A program made the position numbers and the translations under genes. From assembly GCF_044704955.1 (NCBI RefSeq), contig NC_091998.1, positions 27,032,001-27,096,000 on the forward strand: DNA of 64,000 nt, read 5' to 3'. Below are positions 24,917-38,231 of this stretch, in pieces. The stretch is from Pristiophorus japonicus. Its lineage: Eukaryota. Numbering within the stretch: the first letter of the stretch is position 1; every line of letters starts with the position of its first letter. The notes beneath the pieces were generated by a model. The model was not told the DNA's origin. It was given only the letters and a program-made list of their open reading frames with translations, and searched no databases.

Positions 24917-26895
24917 TTTCAGGTGTCAAGGATCACAAGCTTCAACAACTCTTCGATACCAATACCCCTCCGGATCCTTCTTCCCCATCACGTTCCTCTG
25001 ACCCCATCGCTCCTTCCAATCTTACCCTTTGCCGTGGTTTCACAATCCCCCTGACCCCGAATGAATATTCCTCAGCAAAAAAGGCCTCAGCTTCATCCCC
25101 TGACGCTCCACCTCAAAAGAATTTTGTGCTCGGCACGACACTGAGCTCTTCTTCCGTCAACTTCATCTCTGCGTCCACCTCTCTGGCCAAGAGTCTTTTC
25201 CCCCGCACAGCGGACCCATTTGACCGTTTTCAGAATTCTCATTCCACCTAGACCCCTCCTTCTGGCCTCTTAACCCTCTTTAGAACTTTTCATTGGGAAA
25301 TGCCAACGCGACATTGGCTGCCTCAATTATTCTACTCCGCTCACTCACTCTAACCTACTTCCTCAGTTCTCTCCGGGTCAAACTCTAACATTGTCATTAA
25401 ACCTGTTGACAAGGATGGCACTGTTGTTTGGCAGACCGACCTCTACCTTGCGGAGGCTGAATGGCAACTCTCTGACCCGTCCTTCTACCTCCCCCTGGAC
25501 CATGAGCCCACCACCGAACATCAAGCCATCGTTTCCCAGTCACTAACCTCTGAAAATCTTTCCTCCATGGTCTCCAACCTCACAGTCCCCCCAACCCCGT
25601 GCAGCCTGCTTTTACCTCCTTCCCAAGATCCACAAACAGGACTGCCCGAGTAGACCCATTGTTTCAGCCTGTTCTCGCCTCTCGGAACGAATTTCTTCCA
25701 ATTGGCTTTTTTTTCCTCCCCTTGTCCAGGCTCTTCCCATCTAGATCCACGACTCTTCTGACACCCTCCGCAACCTTTTAAACCATTTCCAGGTTCGAAC
25801 CATCTCCTCTTCACCATGGACATCCAATCCCTCTACACCTCCATCCCCCAAACAGGACAGCCCGAGGGCTCTCCACTTGTTCCTTGAACGGAGGCCCAAC
25901 TAGGTCCCGCTCAGGTCCCCTCCCTCACCTTTTTTTCAGTTTCCTGCTCTCACCCCAAACTGGAACATTTCATCAACTTTGCTTCCAATTTCCAACCTTC
26001 CCTTGCCTTCACACGGTCTATCTCTGATTCTTCCCTAGCTCCATTTCTGGGGATAGACTGTTGACCAATATCTACTATAAACCCATCGACTCCCACAGCT
26101 ACCTTGATTACTCTTCCTCCCACCCTGCTTCCTGTAAGAACTATTCCATCCTCCCATTTTCTCCATCTCTGTTGCATCTGTTCAGATGATGCCACCAAAA
26201 CACTCCTTCCAGGTGAAACAGCGATTTAAGTGTACTTCTTTCAATTTAGTATACTGTATTCGCTGCTCACGATGTGGTCTCCTCTACAATGGGGAGATCA
26301 AATGCAGATTGGGTGATTGCTTTCTAAAACCTCTGTTCAGTCCACAAGCATGATCTTGAGCTTCCGCTCGCTTGTCATTTTAATTCTCCATACCACTCCC
26401 ACTCTGACCTCTCTGTCATTGGCCTCCTATAATACTATATTACACTGTTCTAAAGAAGCTCAATGGAAGCTTAAAGATCATCTCATCTTTCGATAAGGCA
26501 CTTTACAGCCTTCTGGACTCGACATTAAGTTCAACAATTATAGATCATAACCACTCCTCCCATTTTTTTTGGACAGCAGTTACTGCTAATGATTCTGCTG
26601 TGGTAATTTACACCTTCTCTAGACACATCCCCTTTTTCCTTGCACCATTATCCCTTGTCATTTAATCTCTCCTGCCTTCCACCCTACCTTCCCTCTTGTT
26701 CTTTTCTCCCCTCCCTGCTTTCCCTGCCTCTGTACTTGCTGAAAACTTGTTACATCTCTAATCTTCTGATGAAAGCTCATCGACCTGAAACATTAACTTC
26801 GTTTCCCCCGTCACAGATGCTGCCTGACCAGCTGAGTACTTCCAGCATTTTCTGTTTTTATTTCAGATTTTCAGGATCCACAGTATTTTGCTTCT
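24917..26895 (+). mobile_element. Degenerate Penelope-like element
   Basis: Relics of VIKPVDK.G, MDIQSLYTSIP (RT) and NLVYCIRCSRCGLLY.GE (GIY-YIG endonuclease); many stops. Confidence 0.8.
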
Positions 26896-27077
26896 GTGAG
26901 ACTATGAGGTGTGTTCATTTCAACACAGCACGGATATAGTGAAAAGGAAAACAAGCTAGGGTGGTGCATTTTCATTTTTGAAAGAACAGGAGAAGGAAGC
27001 TCACAGGAGCACTGACCAGTGATTTCAATAAGATAAGTGAGAGATTAACTAGGCATAAACTTATAATTAAAACTTAC

Positions 27078-27233
27078 CACAGGCTGATATGAAGGAAATA
27101 ACTCCCCAACGCAGAACATTAACAACATAAAGCCTATAAAGCCACCCAAGTGTTTAACCATAGTATTCCAGTCCACGGGACTTGGAGAGGTGTCCACACG
27201 ATTCCGAATGAACATGTCGAAATCCCAGTGCAT
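27078..27233 (-). CDS. NDUFB8: NDUFB8 coding exon 4 (transmembrane helix)
   Basis: Bounded by cag| and |gtaagt; 156 nt encoding MHWDFDMFIRNRVDTSPSPVDWNTMVKHLGGFIGFMLLMFCVGELFPSYQPV. Confidence 0.96.
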
Positions 27234-27729
27234 CTGGATAAAGCAATGTAAAAAGTTAAGTGAGGTTTCAAACTGAACGCAAAAAAATAACTTGCATTTA
27301 TACAGCACCATGTCAAATCATCCAAGTACGCCACAAACAAATCACTTTGAAGAATGCAGTAACTATTATGAGGCCACAGCAAAACATTGAAACCATTTTA
27401 TGTTAACATCAATTAGATGAATGAACAGCTAATCTGCTTTTCTGATGGTATGTGTCAAGGGGGTGGTGGCGGGGGGCGGGGGGAGGCAGAACGTTCACCA
27501 GGACACTGGAAGATAAACTTCCAGCTTATCTTACTTGATAGCATTTTTAATGTCCAAAACAGACAGTGCGGAATTTCCTCAGTGTTGCACTGCATTGTTG
27601 GCAGAGACCACACACTCAAGGTTTGGTGTGGGACCTCAAAGCACCTGACCAGAGACAAAATGCTGCCAACTGAGCCAAGCTAACGCCCAACACAAAAAAA
27701 AAGTTCTTTCAGCCATTTTCTTGTGATCG

Positions 27730-27930
27730 CACTCTCAGAAGGTTGTAGGTTCAAGCCCCACTCCAGGAACTTGAGTCCATAATCTAGGTCTACTACACCA
27801 GTGCAGTACTGAGGGTGTGCTGCATTGTTGGTGGTGCCGTCTTTCGGCTGAGATGTTAAACTGAGATCCTGTCTGCTTGTTCAGTTGGATAGAAAATATC
27901 CTATGGTACCTTTTAAGAAGAAATAGGGAG
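27730..27930 (+). mobile_element. SINE 5' fragment
   Basis: GGTTCAAGCCCCACTCCAG box B and following family sequence. Confidence 0.65.
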
Positions 27931-28547
27931 TTTTTGCAATTTGCATTTACATCTCCTCTAATCCATCTTTTGTTTCTCGACTTGTCCCACTGCCGTCTCC
28001 TTTCACCTCGCACCATCATCCTTTGTCATTTAATCTCTCCTGCCTTCCAATCTATCACAGACCTTCCCTTTAGTTCTTTCCTCCCATTCCCCCGCCCGCC
28101 CCCCACCCCCCACCTCACCTTCCTCCAATGGCTCAGTGGATCAATGCACCTGGTCTGGTACCTGAGCCATGTGACCAGGAAGATCCCACATTTGATTCCG
28201 AGTTTTTGCCTTCATAATTGATCCCAATCAGGACAATCACAACATTACTGTTACCTCCGTGCTACAAGTTAGGGAGAAAAATATCAGCCAGGTTCCCACA
28301 CTCCTGATGGGTGTCCAATGACCTCTACTTGAAGCCACACATGCCCACACTGAATTAGGATTAGGTTTAACTATGATGCACCTACGAAATTGGACAGAAA
28401 CACTTTTGCTTTTTACCACTTTTTGTTGGAAAATGAGCTAAAGCCCGAGAAGTGGTCTTCAGACGGTTTCAATACTTTAGCCAAGAACAATAAACTTGGA
28501 GCCACATGGACAGGATTGCTACAGAGGCACTCAGCATTGCTGCTCAC

Positions 28548-28647
28548 CGGTTCACCCCAGTTCCTTCGCAGGTCAGGCTCGTCCCAAGTATACCACGGAT
28601 CTCGCTCTTGTTGCGACCGGTCCGGCAGTTTCGGGTAGTCACCAAAT
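28548..28647 (-). CDS. NDUFB8: NDUFB8 coding exon 3
   Basis: Bounded by cag| and |gtgagc; 100 nt encoding FGDYPKLPDRSQQERDPWYTWDEPDLRRNWGEP. Confidence 0.96.
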
Positions 28648-29394
28648 CTGTTAAGGGGAAAATAAACTTTCAGCTTTACTCAGAGGACCTTGGCTGAAGC
28701 TACAATAGCTACTCAGGTTTTTACCCTCCCCAGAACGCACTTTAAGACAGAAGACACAGAAGGGATGAAATAAGTGCTGGTCTGTGTTGAAGAAAACACA
28801 CCATAGTACGGTTGCATTGTCCAGGACACAATATAGTAACTACTCATGTAACTTTCCAGTGGAATTACTACAGCAGTCATTTGAACCTCTACAAGTTATT
28901 CAGTTGGAAAGTCTGCTAATTTTCTATTCACTTTTTCACATCAATACTGGCACCTCTGGTAAAAACAAAAAGGAAATCACGTCAAGCTCCCATTAAATGT
29001 GATCTTTACCTGGTGGTCAGATCCAGTGTTGTTCAGTTCCAATAAATTCTACTCCACGGGCACTGGGCACCCATACTCTGCAAGTCAGCAGAACTGCAAA
29101 TACGGTACACAATTCATTTTGTTTCAAAAGGACTGGTTGATATCTGCTGGCATTGCTAACAGACAAAATTATTTAAAGAAAGTATCCCGCTCTTTCAGTG
29201 ACTATCTTTTTGCACCCTTTCAACCGAAAATAACTTTTACCATCTTCTGCTGCTTTTCTGTTTGTTTTCCACTTTGTCCATTTCTCTCACGCACACACAC
29301 ACACGTCTCTTGTCATTGCTTTGGGTTTATTTCCAAACCCCTTTCTAAAAATCCCTCCTTCCCTGTGTCAACCCTCTCTTCTGTATGTTCTCTC

Positions 29395-29727
29395 AATCAG
29401 GGCCCAGGGGAGGCGCGAGTTCGGGGCCAGGGGCAGCACAGGCCAGCCCACACTGTGATGTGTGCGCACTGGGTCCATGCAGCACAGCAGGTCTCCAGTT
29501 ATCTTGGGTAACCCTTGCCATTGGACCAAGACCTAGCTCTGTCAAGCCCGTGTGGTGGCTGGTGTGCAAAAGTCACCACATGTTTTAAAAAAAAATCCAC
29601 GCACAGGCATCTTCCACCCTTGAGGATGTAGTTCGGGTTCTTCTTTCGAAACACCTGTGAACTCATCCTTTTTTTTGGCGTGGAAGCAAGTCATCCTCGT
29701 TTCGAGGGACTGCCTATGATGATGATG
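29395..29727 (+). mobile_element. Non-autonomous element with an RTE-type 3' tail (copy 3)
   Basis: Aligns with ~640-960 by eye. Confidence 0.8.
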
Positions 29728-30044
29728 TTTTCTCAGTCTTCCTGTATGCATCTCACACATATGCCTCCATAAATTCATTTAAGTAAGTATGGTTTAACTT
29801 TTAAAGTACAGAACATGATTCAGGATGGGCAAGGATCATTAAAATTGTTGTTGTTTTAAGTAAAATACATCATTGGCTACTCCATGTATTCCCACAATAG
29901 GACTGCAATAAATATTTCTCCCCGGTCCAATTTGTAGCCAAAAATAAATGCTGGTTCAATTCCCCATCTTACAGCCAGAAGATATTCTCTATCACCCTTT
30001 ATGTAGCATAAAATGTAGGCAAATTACAAACACTGCCATTCAAT

Positions 30045-30940
30045 GGGCTCAATTTTCACCACCATTCTGCGTCCTTTTTTTGGCATCTGCTGTTTTTTTT
30101 TTGAGCAAACTAAAATCTCCAAGTTTCGCCAAACATTCTGCGCCATCATAAACTAGTTACAGCCGATTATTTTTTTAGTTCCTGATTTTTTGACGCCACT
30201 GGGGGCGGAACCTGCCGGCTGCGCCATTTTTGGCCACTTAAGCGAGTTTGGCCAACTAGGATTTTTTCAAAAACGGCGCAGTGCGCCGTTCTGAAAAACC
30301 TTACCTAACTTAAGAAAATTGCCGCAGAAGATCGAGTTCCACGGCTTGGGATAGCAGCGGCAGGGGGAGGGGACCTTTCGGCCCGGGATACGAGCGGCAC
30401 CTGGGGAGGGGGCGGCATTCAGCCCGGGATAGGAGCGGCACCTCCTAAGTGAAGAGGCTTGGGGCAAAAACAGAAAGATGCTTGTACAAGTTGCTGTTCT
30501 TATTTATACAATGAGCGTCCCAGAGGCAGTCGAGGACGATGGAAAGCAGCTCCTTCAAATTAAACATAAAGCTCAGTTGAAACAACTAACAGCAACTGTA
30601 TGTGTTTATTCTTGCTATAATGGAACAGCACCGGCACCGGGTGGGGGGGGCCTTTTGGCCCGGGATAGGAGCGGCACCGGGGCTCAACAATTGCTTATGT
30701 CTTCTGTATGTTTCACTTTCCAGCCTCAGCCCTTCAGTGTCCCCCTCGTTACCCTGACAACCTCAGGTTTTTGGCGCAGACCTTAAAGCTCCACCCACAG
30801 AGCTTAAGGTCTATGTGCGCTGCTCCAAAATGAAAGTTTATTCCGGCAAAATTTGCAACTTTCTTTTTCAGCTACTTAAAAAAAAATCGTCCGTAACTCT
30901 ACAACTGCGCCAAAAATCAGCAAAGTGGAAAATTGAGCCC
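30045..30940. mobile_element. MITE, Harbinger-related
   Basis: Perfect 13-bp TIR GGGCTCAATTTTC...GAAAATTGAGCCC. Shares the subterminal block GAAAAACCTTACC...TTAAGAAA with 33469-35965. Internal GCCCGGGATA.GAGCGGCACC repeats. Confidence 0.8.
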
Positions 30941-33900
30941 ATAAACGCTAGTGTGCAATAATTACACAACCAGTTACCAGGAGGCTTATTTTATTTATCA
31001 GTACCATATCATCGGAATTATTAATTTTAAAAACGCACTTAATCCAAAATGCTTTAATGTTATGCTGATACACCTCTTTTGTAATATCACCATGCTTTTC
31101 GTAGAATCATAGAAAATTACCACACAGCAGGAGGTTATTCAGCACATCGTATTTGTGTTGGTGCCAGATCTTTACCTGGAGCTGTTGACTAACTGTATTT
31201 CTCTGCCTTTGCCCCATGTCCTTTTATTTTCCTGTTTTTCAAATTCTTCATTTAAATGGGAATTAAATGGAAATGTGCAATAGTCACAACCAATGACAGG
31301 CAGAGCGTAACTCCCCTCGAGCAGGCCATATCTCTCAAAATATCTCTCCAGATAAGACCCAAGTTTTAGAAATAAAATTAAATCTATCCTTTAATTTTAT
31401 TATTGGCCGTTTTCCAACAGCTCATGAAAATGTCATCGTGCTCACTATTATGGTGATGACATTGCTGCATATTTATATTTAAAGGGCATAAACAGCTACA
31501 AAAGGTGCAATTCTTATACTAAATCTAAGAATAAAGCATTTCAGGTTACAAACCAAGTAATAATACACATAGAAACATAGAAAATAGGTGCAGGAATAGG
31601 CCATTCAGCCCTTCGAGCCTGCACCACCATTCAATATGATCATGGCTGATCATTTTTGCAACTTTAGTACCCCATTCCTGCTTTCTCTCCATATCCACTG
31701 ATCCCTTTAGCTGTAAGGGCCACATCTAACTCACTTTTGAATATATCTAACGAACTGGCCTCAACAACTTTCTGTGGTAGAGAATTCCACAGGTTCACAA
31801 TTCTCTGAGTGAAGAAGTTTCTCCTCATCTCGGTCCTAAATGGCTTACCCCTTATCCTTAGACTGTGACCCCTGGTTCTGGACTTCCCCAACATCGGGAA
31901 CATTCTTCTGCATCTAACCTGTCCAATCCCGTCAGAATTTTATATGTTTCTATGAGATCCCCTCTCATTCTTCTAAATTTCAGTGACTATAAGCCTAGTC
32001 GATCCAGTCTTTCTTCATATGTCAGTCCTTCCATCCCTGGAATCAGTCTGATGATCCTTCGCTGCACTCCCTCAATAGCAAGAAGTCCTTCCTCAGATTA
32101 GGAGACCAAAACTGCACACAATATTCAAGGTGTGGACTCAGGAAGGCCCTGTACAACTGCAGTAAGACCTCCCTGCTCCTATACTCAAATCCTCTCGCTA
32201 TGTAGGCGAACATGCCATTCTTCACTGCCTGTTGTACCTACATGCCAACTTTCAATGACTGATGTACCATGACACCCAGGTCTCATTGCACCTCCCCTTT
32301 TCCTAATCTGTTACCATTCAGATAATATTCTGCCTACCTGTTTTTGCCACCAAAGTGGATAACCTCACATTATACTGCATCTGCCATGCATTTGCCCACT
32401 CACCTAACCTGTCCAAGTCACCCTGCAGTCTCTTGGCATCCTCCTCACAGCTCACACTGCCACTCAGCTTAGTGTCATCTGCAAACTTGGAGATATTACA
32501 TTAATGATTTAGATGAAGGAATTCAATGTATATTGTAAATAGCTGGGGTCCCAGCACTGAACCTTGCTGTACCCCACTAGTCTCTGCCTGCCATTCTGAA
32601 AAGGACCCGTTTATTCTTACTCTTGGCTTCCTGTCTGCCAACCAGTTCTCTATCCACGTCAATACATTACCCTCAATACTATGTGCTTTAATTTTGCACA
32701 CTAATCTCGTGTGGGACCTTGTCAAAAGCCTTTTAAAAGTCCAAATACACATCCACTGGTTCTCCCTTGTCCACTCTACTAGTTACATCCTCAAAAAATT
32801 CCAGAAGATTTGTCAAGCATGATTTCCCTTTCATAAATCCATGTTGACTTGGACCGATCCTGTCACTGCTTTCCAAATGTGCTGCTATTACATCTTTAAT
32901 AATTGATTCCAACATTTTCCCCACTACCGATGTCAGGCTAACCGGTCTATAATTCCCTGGTTTCTCTCTCCCTCCTTTTTTAAAAAATAGGGTTACATTA
33001 GCTACCCTTCAATCCATAGGAACTGATCCAGAGTCTATAGAATGTTGGAAAATGACCACCAATGCATCCACTAATTCTAGGGCCACTTCCTTAAGTACTC
33101 TGGGATGCAGACTATCAGGCCCTGGGGATTTATCGGCCTTCAGTCCCATCAATTTCTCTAACACAATTTCCTGACTAATAAGGATTTCCTTCAGTTCCTC
33201 CTTCTCGCTAGATCCTCGATCCCCTAGTATTTCCTGAAGGTTATTTGTGTCTTCCTTAGTGAAGACAGAACCAAAGTATTTGCTCAATTGGTCTGCCATT
33301 TCTTTGTTCCCCATTATAAATTCACCTGATTCTGACTTCACGGGACCTACATTTGTCTTCACTAATCTTTTTCTCTTCACATATCTTTGGAAGCTTTTGC
33401 AGTCAGTTTTTATGTTCCCTGCAAGCTTACTCTCATATTCTATTTTACCCCTCATAATTAAACCCTTTGGACCCAAATTTCCCCAAGAGTTGCCCCGTAT
33501 TTTTTTGGAGTAAGAAGCTTTTTTTGGAATAACTTAAAAATCGCAATTGTCCCCATTTAACTTGCTCCAATATAAGTTAGTTAGGTTTTTTTTAAAGTTT
33601 AGTTTGTTTTCTCCAAAAGGGGGCGTGACAAGCCACTTACACCTCTTCTGGCCATAGAAGCAAATTTGGCCAGCTGAAAGTTACTCCAAACTAACTTTGG
33701 CCAGTGTATGTGGCCACTTTTGTAGGCATAGAAAAACCTTACCAACATTTAAGAAATCAGCGCAGGTAGCCAGAGATGGAAGGATGGTGGGGGGGGGGGG
33801 GGGGGGGGGGGGGGGGTGAAGGTAAGTTAGAGGATTCCAAAGCTCTAAACATTAGCACAACATTACAACATCTTCAGCACAACAGCTGCACAACATTACC

Positions 33901-34226
33901 ACAAGTAAATGAAAGATAATTCAGCTACAGAAAATAAAGCAGTCCTACCTTGCTGACTGCAGAAAGCACTGGCTAGCCCTCCCGCCAGGGCTAGGGGCGG
34001 CAGGCACGCATGACTGTAGGGGTGAGGGATTTTTACTTTTTACAGGTGACCCTAAATGTTGCGTGGTCCTAATGGAGGATGATTCAGTTTTGATGCAAAA
34101 TATCTTTTATTGTAAATTTTACAGTGCACTTCAACGATACCAACAACAACAGCCACACCAGGAAAGAAAGTCTGCACCCATCCCTCACCCACATCCTTAC
34201 AGGGTCTGTGATGGTGGTGAGGTGGA

Positions 34227-34852
34227 TTAGGGGCCCGGCTTGGGTCTGACCGGTGGCTGGTGCGTGGAATGAAGTGGGAGTGGCATTTGAGTCTCCGGCC
34301 TTTGTGCCCTTATTGCAGAAACCAGCTCCCTCATGGCATCTGCCATCGTCTGCACGCCCTCTGAAATGCCTGCCCTGACTTCCCGTCTTAGTGCAGAGAT
34401 TTCACCCGACAGTGTCGTGACCTCATCACGCACCCCACTCGCGGCCACCACGAGTGATCTTGTAAGGGCATTGGTCTCCTCACCCAATGAAAAAACCTGA
34501 TTAACTTCTGCTGAGGGTTGCCACTCAGGAGAGACTGGTTGGCTTCTCCTTCCCCTCGCCGTGGGTCTGTCTAGTGGCACCCCTCCAGTGTGAGGCACAG
34601 GCTGGGACGGTGGGGGACTGGGTGTCCCAAGATGCATTTCCCGACCATCACTCGGACCCGCGACCTCGGAAGGTGTGAACCCATGGACGGTTGCCGAGGA
34701 GCTAATGGAGGGTTCTGGCAGTGTGATGTCCTGATCGATATCGCGGTCAGCATTCTCCTGAGCACACATTTCCATGGACCCCTCCTCCCCCCACCCGCCT
34801 TGATCTGGAGCGCATGCATCTGGATCCTCAGGATCTTGAGGAGTGTCGTCTT
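34227..34852 (-). CDS. Harbinger Myb/SANT-like protein, exon 3 (low-complexity linker and C-terminal helical segment)
   Basis: ttttgcag|AA continues phase 1 into an open frame ending at stop 34227. AATAAA on the minus strand at 34106-34111. Joined CDS is 1029 nt (342 aa). Confidence 0.75.
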
Positions 34853-34992
34853 CTGCAAAAGAACACACAACAATCAAATGGTTAGCAGCACAGGAGGGGG
34901 CAGGATGAGTGGCATGAGTAGTCTCATGTGTAGCAGGCCAATCAGCAGGTTGATCTGAAGGGCCACTATGCATTTTAATGACTCTCCCTCAC

Positions 34993-35149
34993 CCTCGGGT
35001 GTGGGTCCAGCTTGTGCAGAGCTCATTCTTTTTCTGCCAGTGCGAGTCAGCAAGGCAGCAACCCTCTGTTCCAGGGGTGTCAGTTGGTGCAGATTTGGTG
35101 GACCTCCTCCTGTTCTAGTTCTCTCCCTCTTGTTGTGGGCCAATTTCTT
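34993..35149 (-). CDS. Harbinger Myb/SANT-like protein, exon 2
   Basis: tttgcag|KKLAHNKRERTRTGGGPP...LTPLEQRV...|gtgagg. The TGGG motif is typical after this Myb domain. 157 nt, ends in phase 1. Confidence 0.8.
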
Positions 35150-35261
35150 CTGCAAAGATGAAAATATTAATTGTCAGACATGGTGCGCTTCTGACGGATG
35201 GGACACATACATGCTCACATTTTCCACTGCAATTCAATTTCAAGATGAAGATATTACTTAC

Positions 35262-35507
35262 ACTCACTACTTGACCAACGTCATGCCATTTCTTCTTGCA
35301 CTGGCTTCCAGATCTTGCGGTGTTGACCCCAGCGGAGAATTTTTCGGCAACGAGGTTCCATCTTTTTCTCATTTCCTTGGGGGAGACCTTTGACGGACCA
35401 CTCTTGCCGATATCCAGTTCCAGCCACTTCTCCTCAATAACAGTCACTAATTTCTCCACTTCCTCATGGAGGAAATTCTTGGCTCGTCTTGCATGCTCTT
35501 GCGCCAT
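35262..35507 (-). CDS. Harbinger Myb/SANT-like DNA-binding protein, exon 1
   Basis: MAQEHARRAKNFLHEEVEKLV...KRWNLVAEKF...RSGSQCKKKWHD shows the R..NF...E...L / W..VA / R...QC.KKW.D signature. 246 nt, ends |gtaagt, phase 0. Confidence 0.85.
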
Positions 35508-38231
35508 TCGTCTATTGGACTCAAACGCAGGTAATGTTCAAAGATCACACTTACATCTCTCTTACACCTATCCAGCACTCCTTACCACTTGCTCAGCCAC
35601 ACAAAAATCAATATTCAGACCTCACTTTCATTATATGCTCCATAACCACTTATTCTGAGGAAGCTCTCCCTTTAACTGGCCGATTGCCAAGCTTCCTGTT
35701 ACACTGCGCATGCGCGCAAACGGAACCGCCAATTGCGCATGTGTGCGCGCTCAAACGGTCATGCTAGTGCCCCTGCCAGCACTACACAACACGCTGGGCT
35801 CAAGCCCCGCCCCCCACCCAGGCTCTGCTGCGTGACACCGATGGATCCGGACGATGAGGGAGCGATCAAATTCAGAGGTAGATTTTTGGTGGGTTTTTTT
35901 CCTCCAGGAAGTCGGCGCACCACATCGAAATATGCCGCTCTAAGCGGCTGGGAAAATTTGGGGGCTATGTCCTCCTCTGCTGAATTCTAAATTTCTCCCA
36001 GTCCTCAGGTTTGCTGCTTTTTCTGGCCAATTTATATGCCTCTTCCTTGGATTTAACACTATCCCTAATTTCCCTTGTTAGCCACGGTTAAGCCACCTTC
36101 CCAGTTTTATTTTTACGCCAGACAGGGATGTACAATTGTTGAAGTTCATCCATGCGATCTTTAAATGTCTGCCATTGCCTATCCACTGTCAACCCTTTAA
36201 GTATCATTCGCCAGTCTATCCTAGCCAATTCACGTCTCATACCATCGAAGTTATCTTTCTTTAAGTTCAGGACCCTAGTCTCTGAATTAACTGTGTCACT
36301 CTCCATCTTAATGAAGAATTCTACCATATTATGGTCACTCTTCCCCAAGGGGCCTCGCACAACAAGACTGCTAATTAATCCTCTCTCGTTACACAAGTCT
36401 AGGATGGCCAGTTCTCTAGTGGTTCCTCGACGTATTGGTCTAGAAAACCATCCCTTATACGCTCCAGGAAATCCTCCTCCATCGTATTGCTACCAGTTTG
36501 GTTAGCCCAATCTATATGTAGATTAAAGTCACTTATGTTAACTGCTGTACCTTTGTTGCACGCATCCCTAATTTCCTGTTTGATGCCACCCCCAACCTCA
36601 CTACTACTGTTTGGTGGTCTGTACACAACTCCTACTAGCGTTTTCTGCTCTTTGGTGTTCCGCAGCTCTACCCATACAGATTCCACATCATCCAAGCTAA
36701 TGTCCTTCCTTACTATTGCATTAATCACCTCTGTAACCAGCAACGCTACCCCACCTCCTTTTCCTTTCTGTCTATCCTTCCTGAATATTGAATACCCCTG
36801 GATGTTGAGTTCCCAGCCTTGGTCACCCTGGAGCCATGTCTCCGTGATCCCAATTACATCATATCCATTAACAGCCATCTGCGCAGTTAATTCATCCACC
36901 TTATTACGAATGCTCCTCGCATTGAGACACAGAGCCTTCAGGCTTGTTTTTTTAACACTCTTTATTCTTTTAGAATTATGTTGTAATGTGGCCCTTTTTG
37001 ATTTTTGCCTTTAATTTCCCTGACCTCTACATTTCCTCATCTTCTTTCTACCTTTTCCTTCTGCCCCAATTTTACTTCCATCTGTCTCCCTGCAGAGATT
37101 CCCATCCCCCTGCCATATTAGTTTAAACCCTCCTCAACAGCACTAGCAAACACTCCCCCTAGGTCATTGGTTCCAGTCCTGCCCAGATGCAGACCATCCG
37201 GTTTGTACTGGTCCCACCTCCCCCAGAACCGATTCCAATGTCCCAGGAATTTGAATCCCTTCGTCTTGCACCATTCCTCAAGCTATGTATCCATTTTAAC
37301 TATCCTGCTATTTCTATTCTGACTAGCACGTGGCGCTGGTAGCAATCCTTAGATTACTACCTTTGAGGTCCTACTTTTTAATTTAACTCCTAGCTCCCTA
37401 AATTCAGCTTGTATGACCTCATCCCATTTTTACCTAAATCATTAGTATTTATATGCACCATGACAATTTGCTGTCCCCCTTCAGAATTCCATGCAGCTGC
37501 TCAGAGACGTCCTTGACCCTTGCACCAGAGAGGCAACATACCATTCTGGAATCTTGATTGCGGCCACAGAAGAGCCTATTTATTCCCCTTACAATAGAAT
37601 TTCTTACAACTATAGCTCTCCCACTCTTTCCTGCCCTCCTATGCAGCAGAGCCACCCATGGTGCCATGAACTTGGCTGCTGCTGCCTTCCCCTGATGAGT
37701 CATCTCCTCCAGCAGTACCCAAAACAGTATATCTGTTTCGGAGGGAGATGACCGCAGGGGACCCCTGCACTACCTTCCTTCCACTGCTCTGCCTGGTGGT
37801 CATCCATTCCCTATCTGCCTGTGTAACCTTTACCTGCGGTGTGACCAACTCACTAAACGTGCTATTCACGACATCCTCAGCATCGCGGATGCTCCAGAGG
37901 GAGTCCATGCGCAGCTCCAGTGCTGCATCAGGAGCTGCAGCTGGACACACTTCCTGCACACATGGTAGTCAGGGACACTGGAAGCGTCCCTGACTTCCCA
38001 CATAGCACAGGAGAAGCATGACACAAGTCTGGGTTCTCCTGCCATGACTTAACCCTTAAATTAACTTAATTTGCAACAATGCCAAAGGTTACCTACTGAT
38101 AAGAAAAGAAAACGAAAAAGATTAAATACTCACCAATCCACCAGCCAATCCCTTAGCCGCTTGGCTGTGACGTCACACTTCGATTTCTTATTACTTCTTT
38201 GTTTACTCTTGTCCCTGCACCAGCTGGCCTC

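Larger units (their letters stand above)
33469..35965 (-). mobile_element. PIF/Harbinger-type DNA transposon, transposase-less, carrying a Myb/SANT gene
   Basis: Interrupts a CR1 at aaccc-ttt-gtcc (intact site visible near 48313). Imperfect TIRs GGACCCAAATTTCCCC and GGGAAAATTTGGGGGC, with 3-bp flanks TTT/TAT. Confidence 0.85.

Noticed and set aside
33789-33815. Long poly-G runs (also ~39995-40020 and ~62083-62108)
   Set aside because: Homopolymer lengths are unreliable in assemblies and they lie within repeats; no function can be supported.
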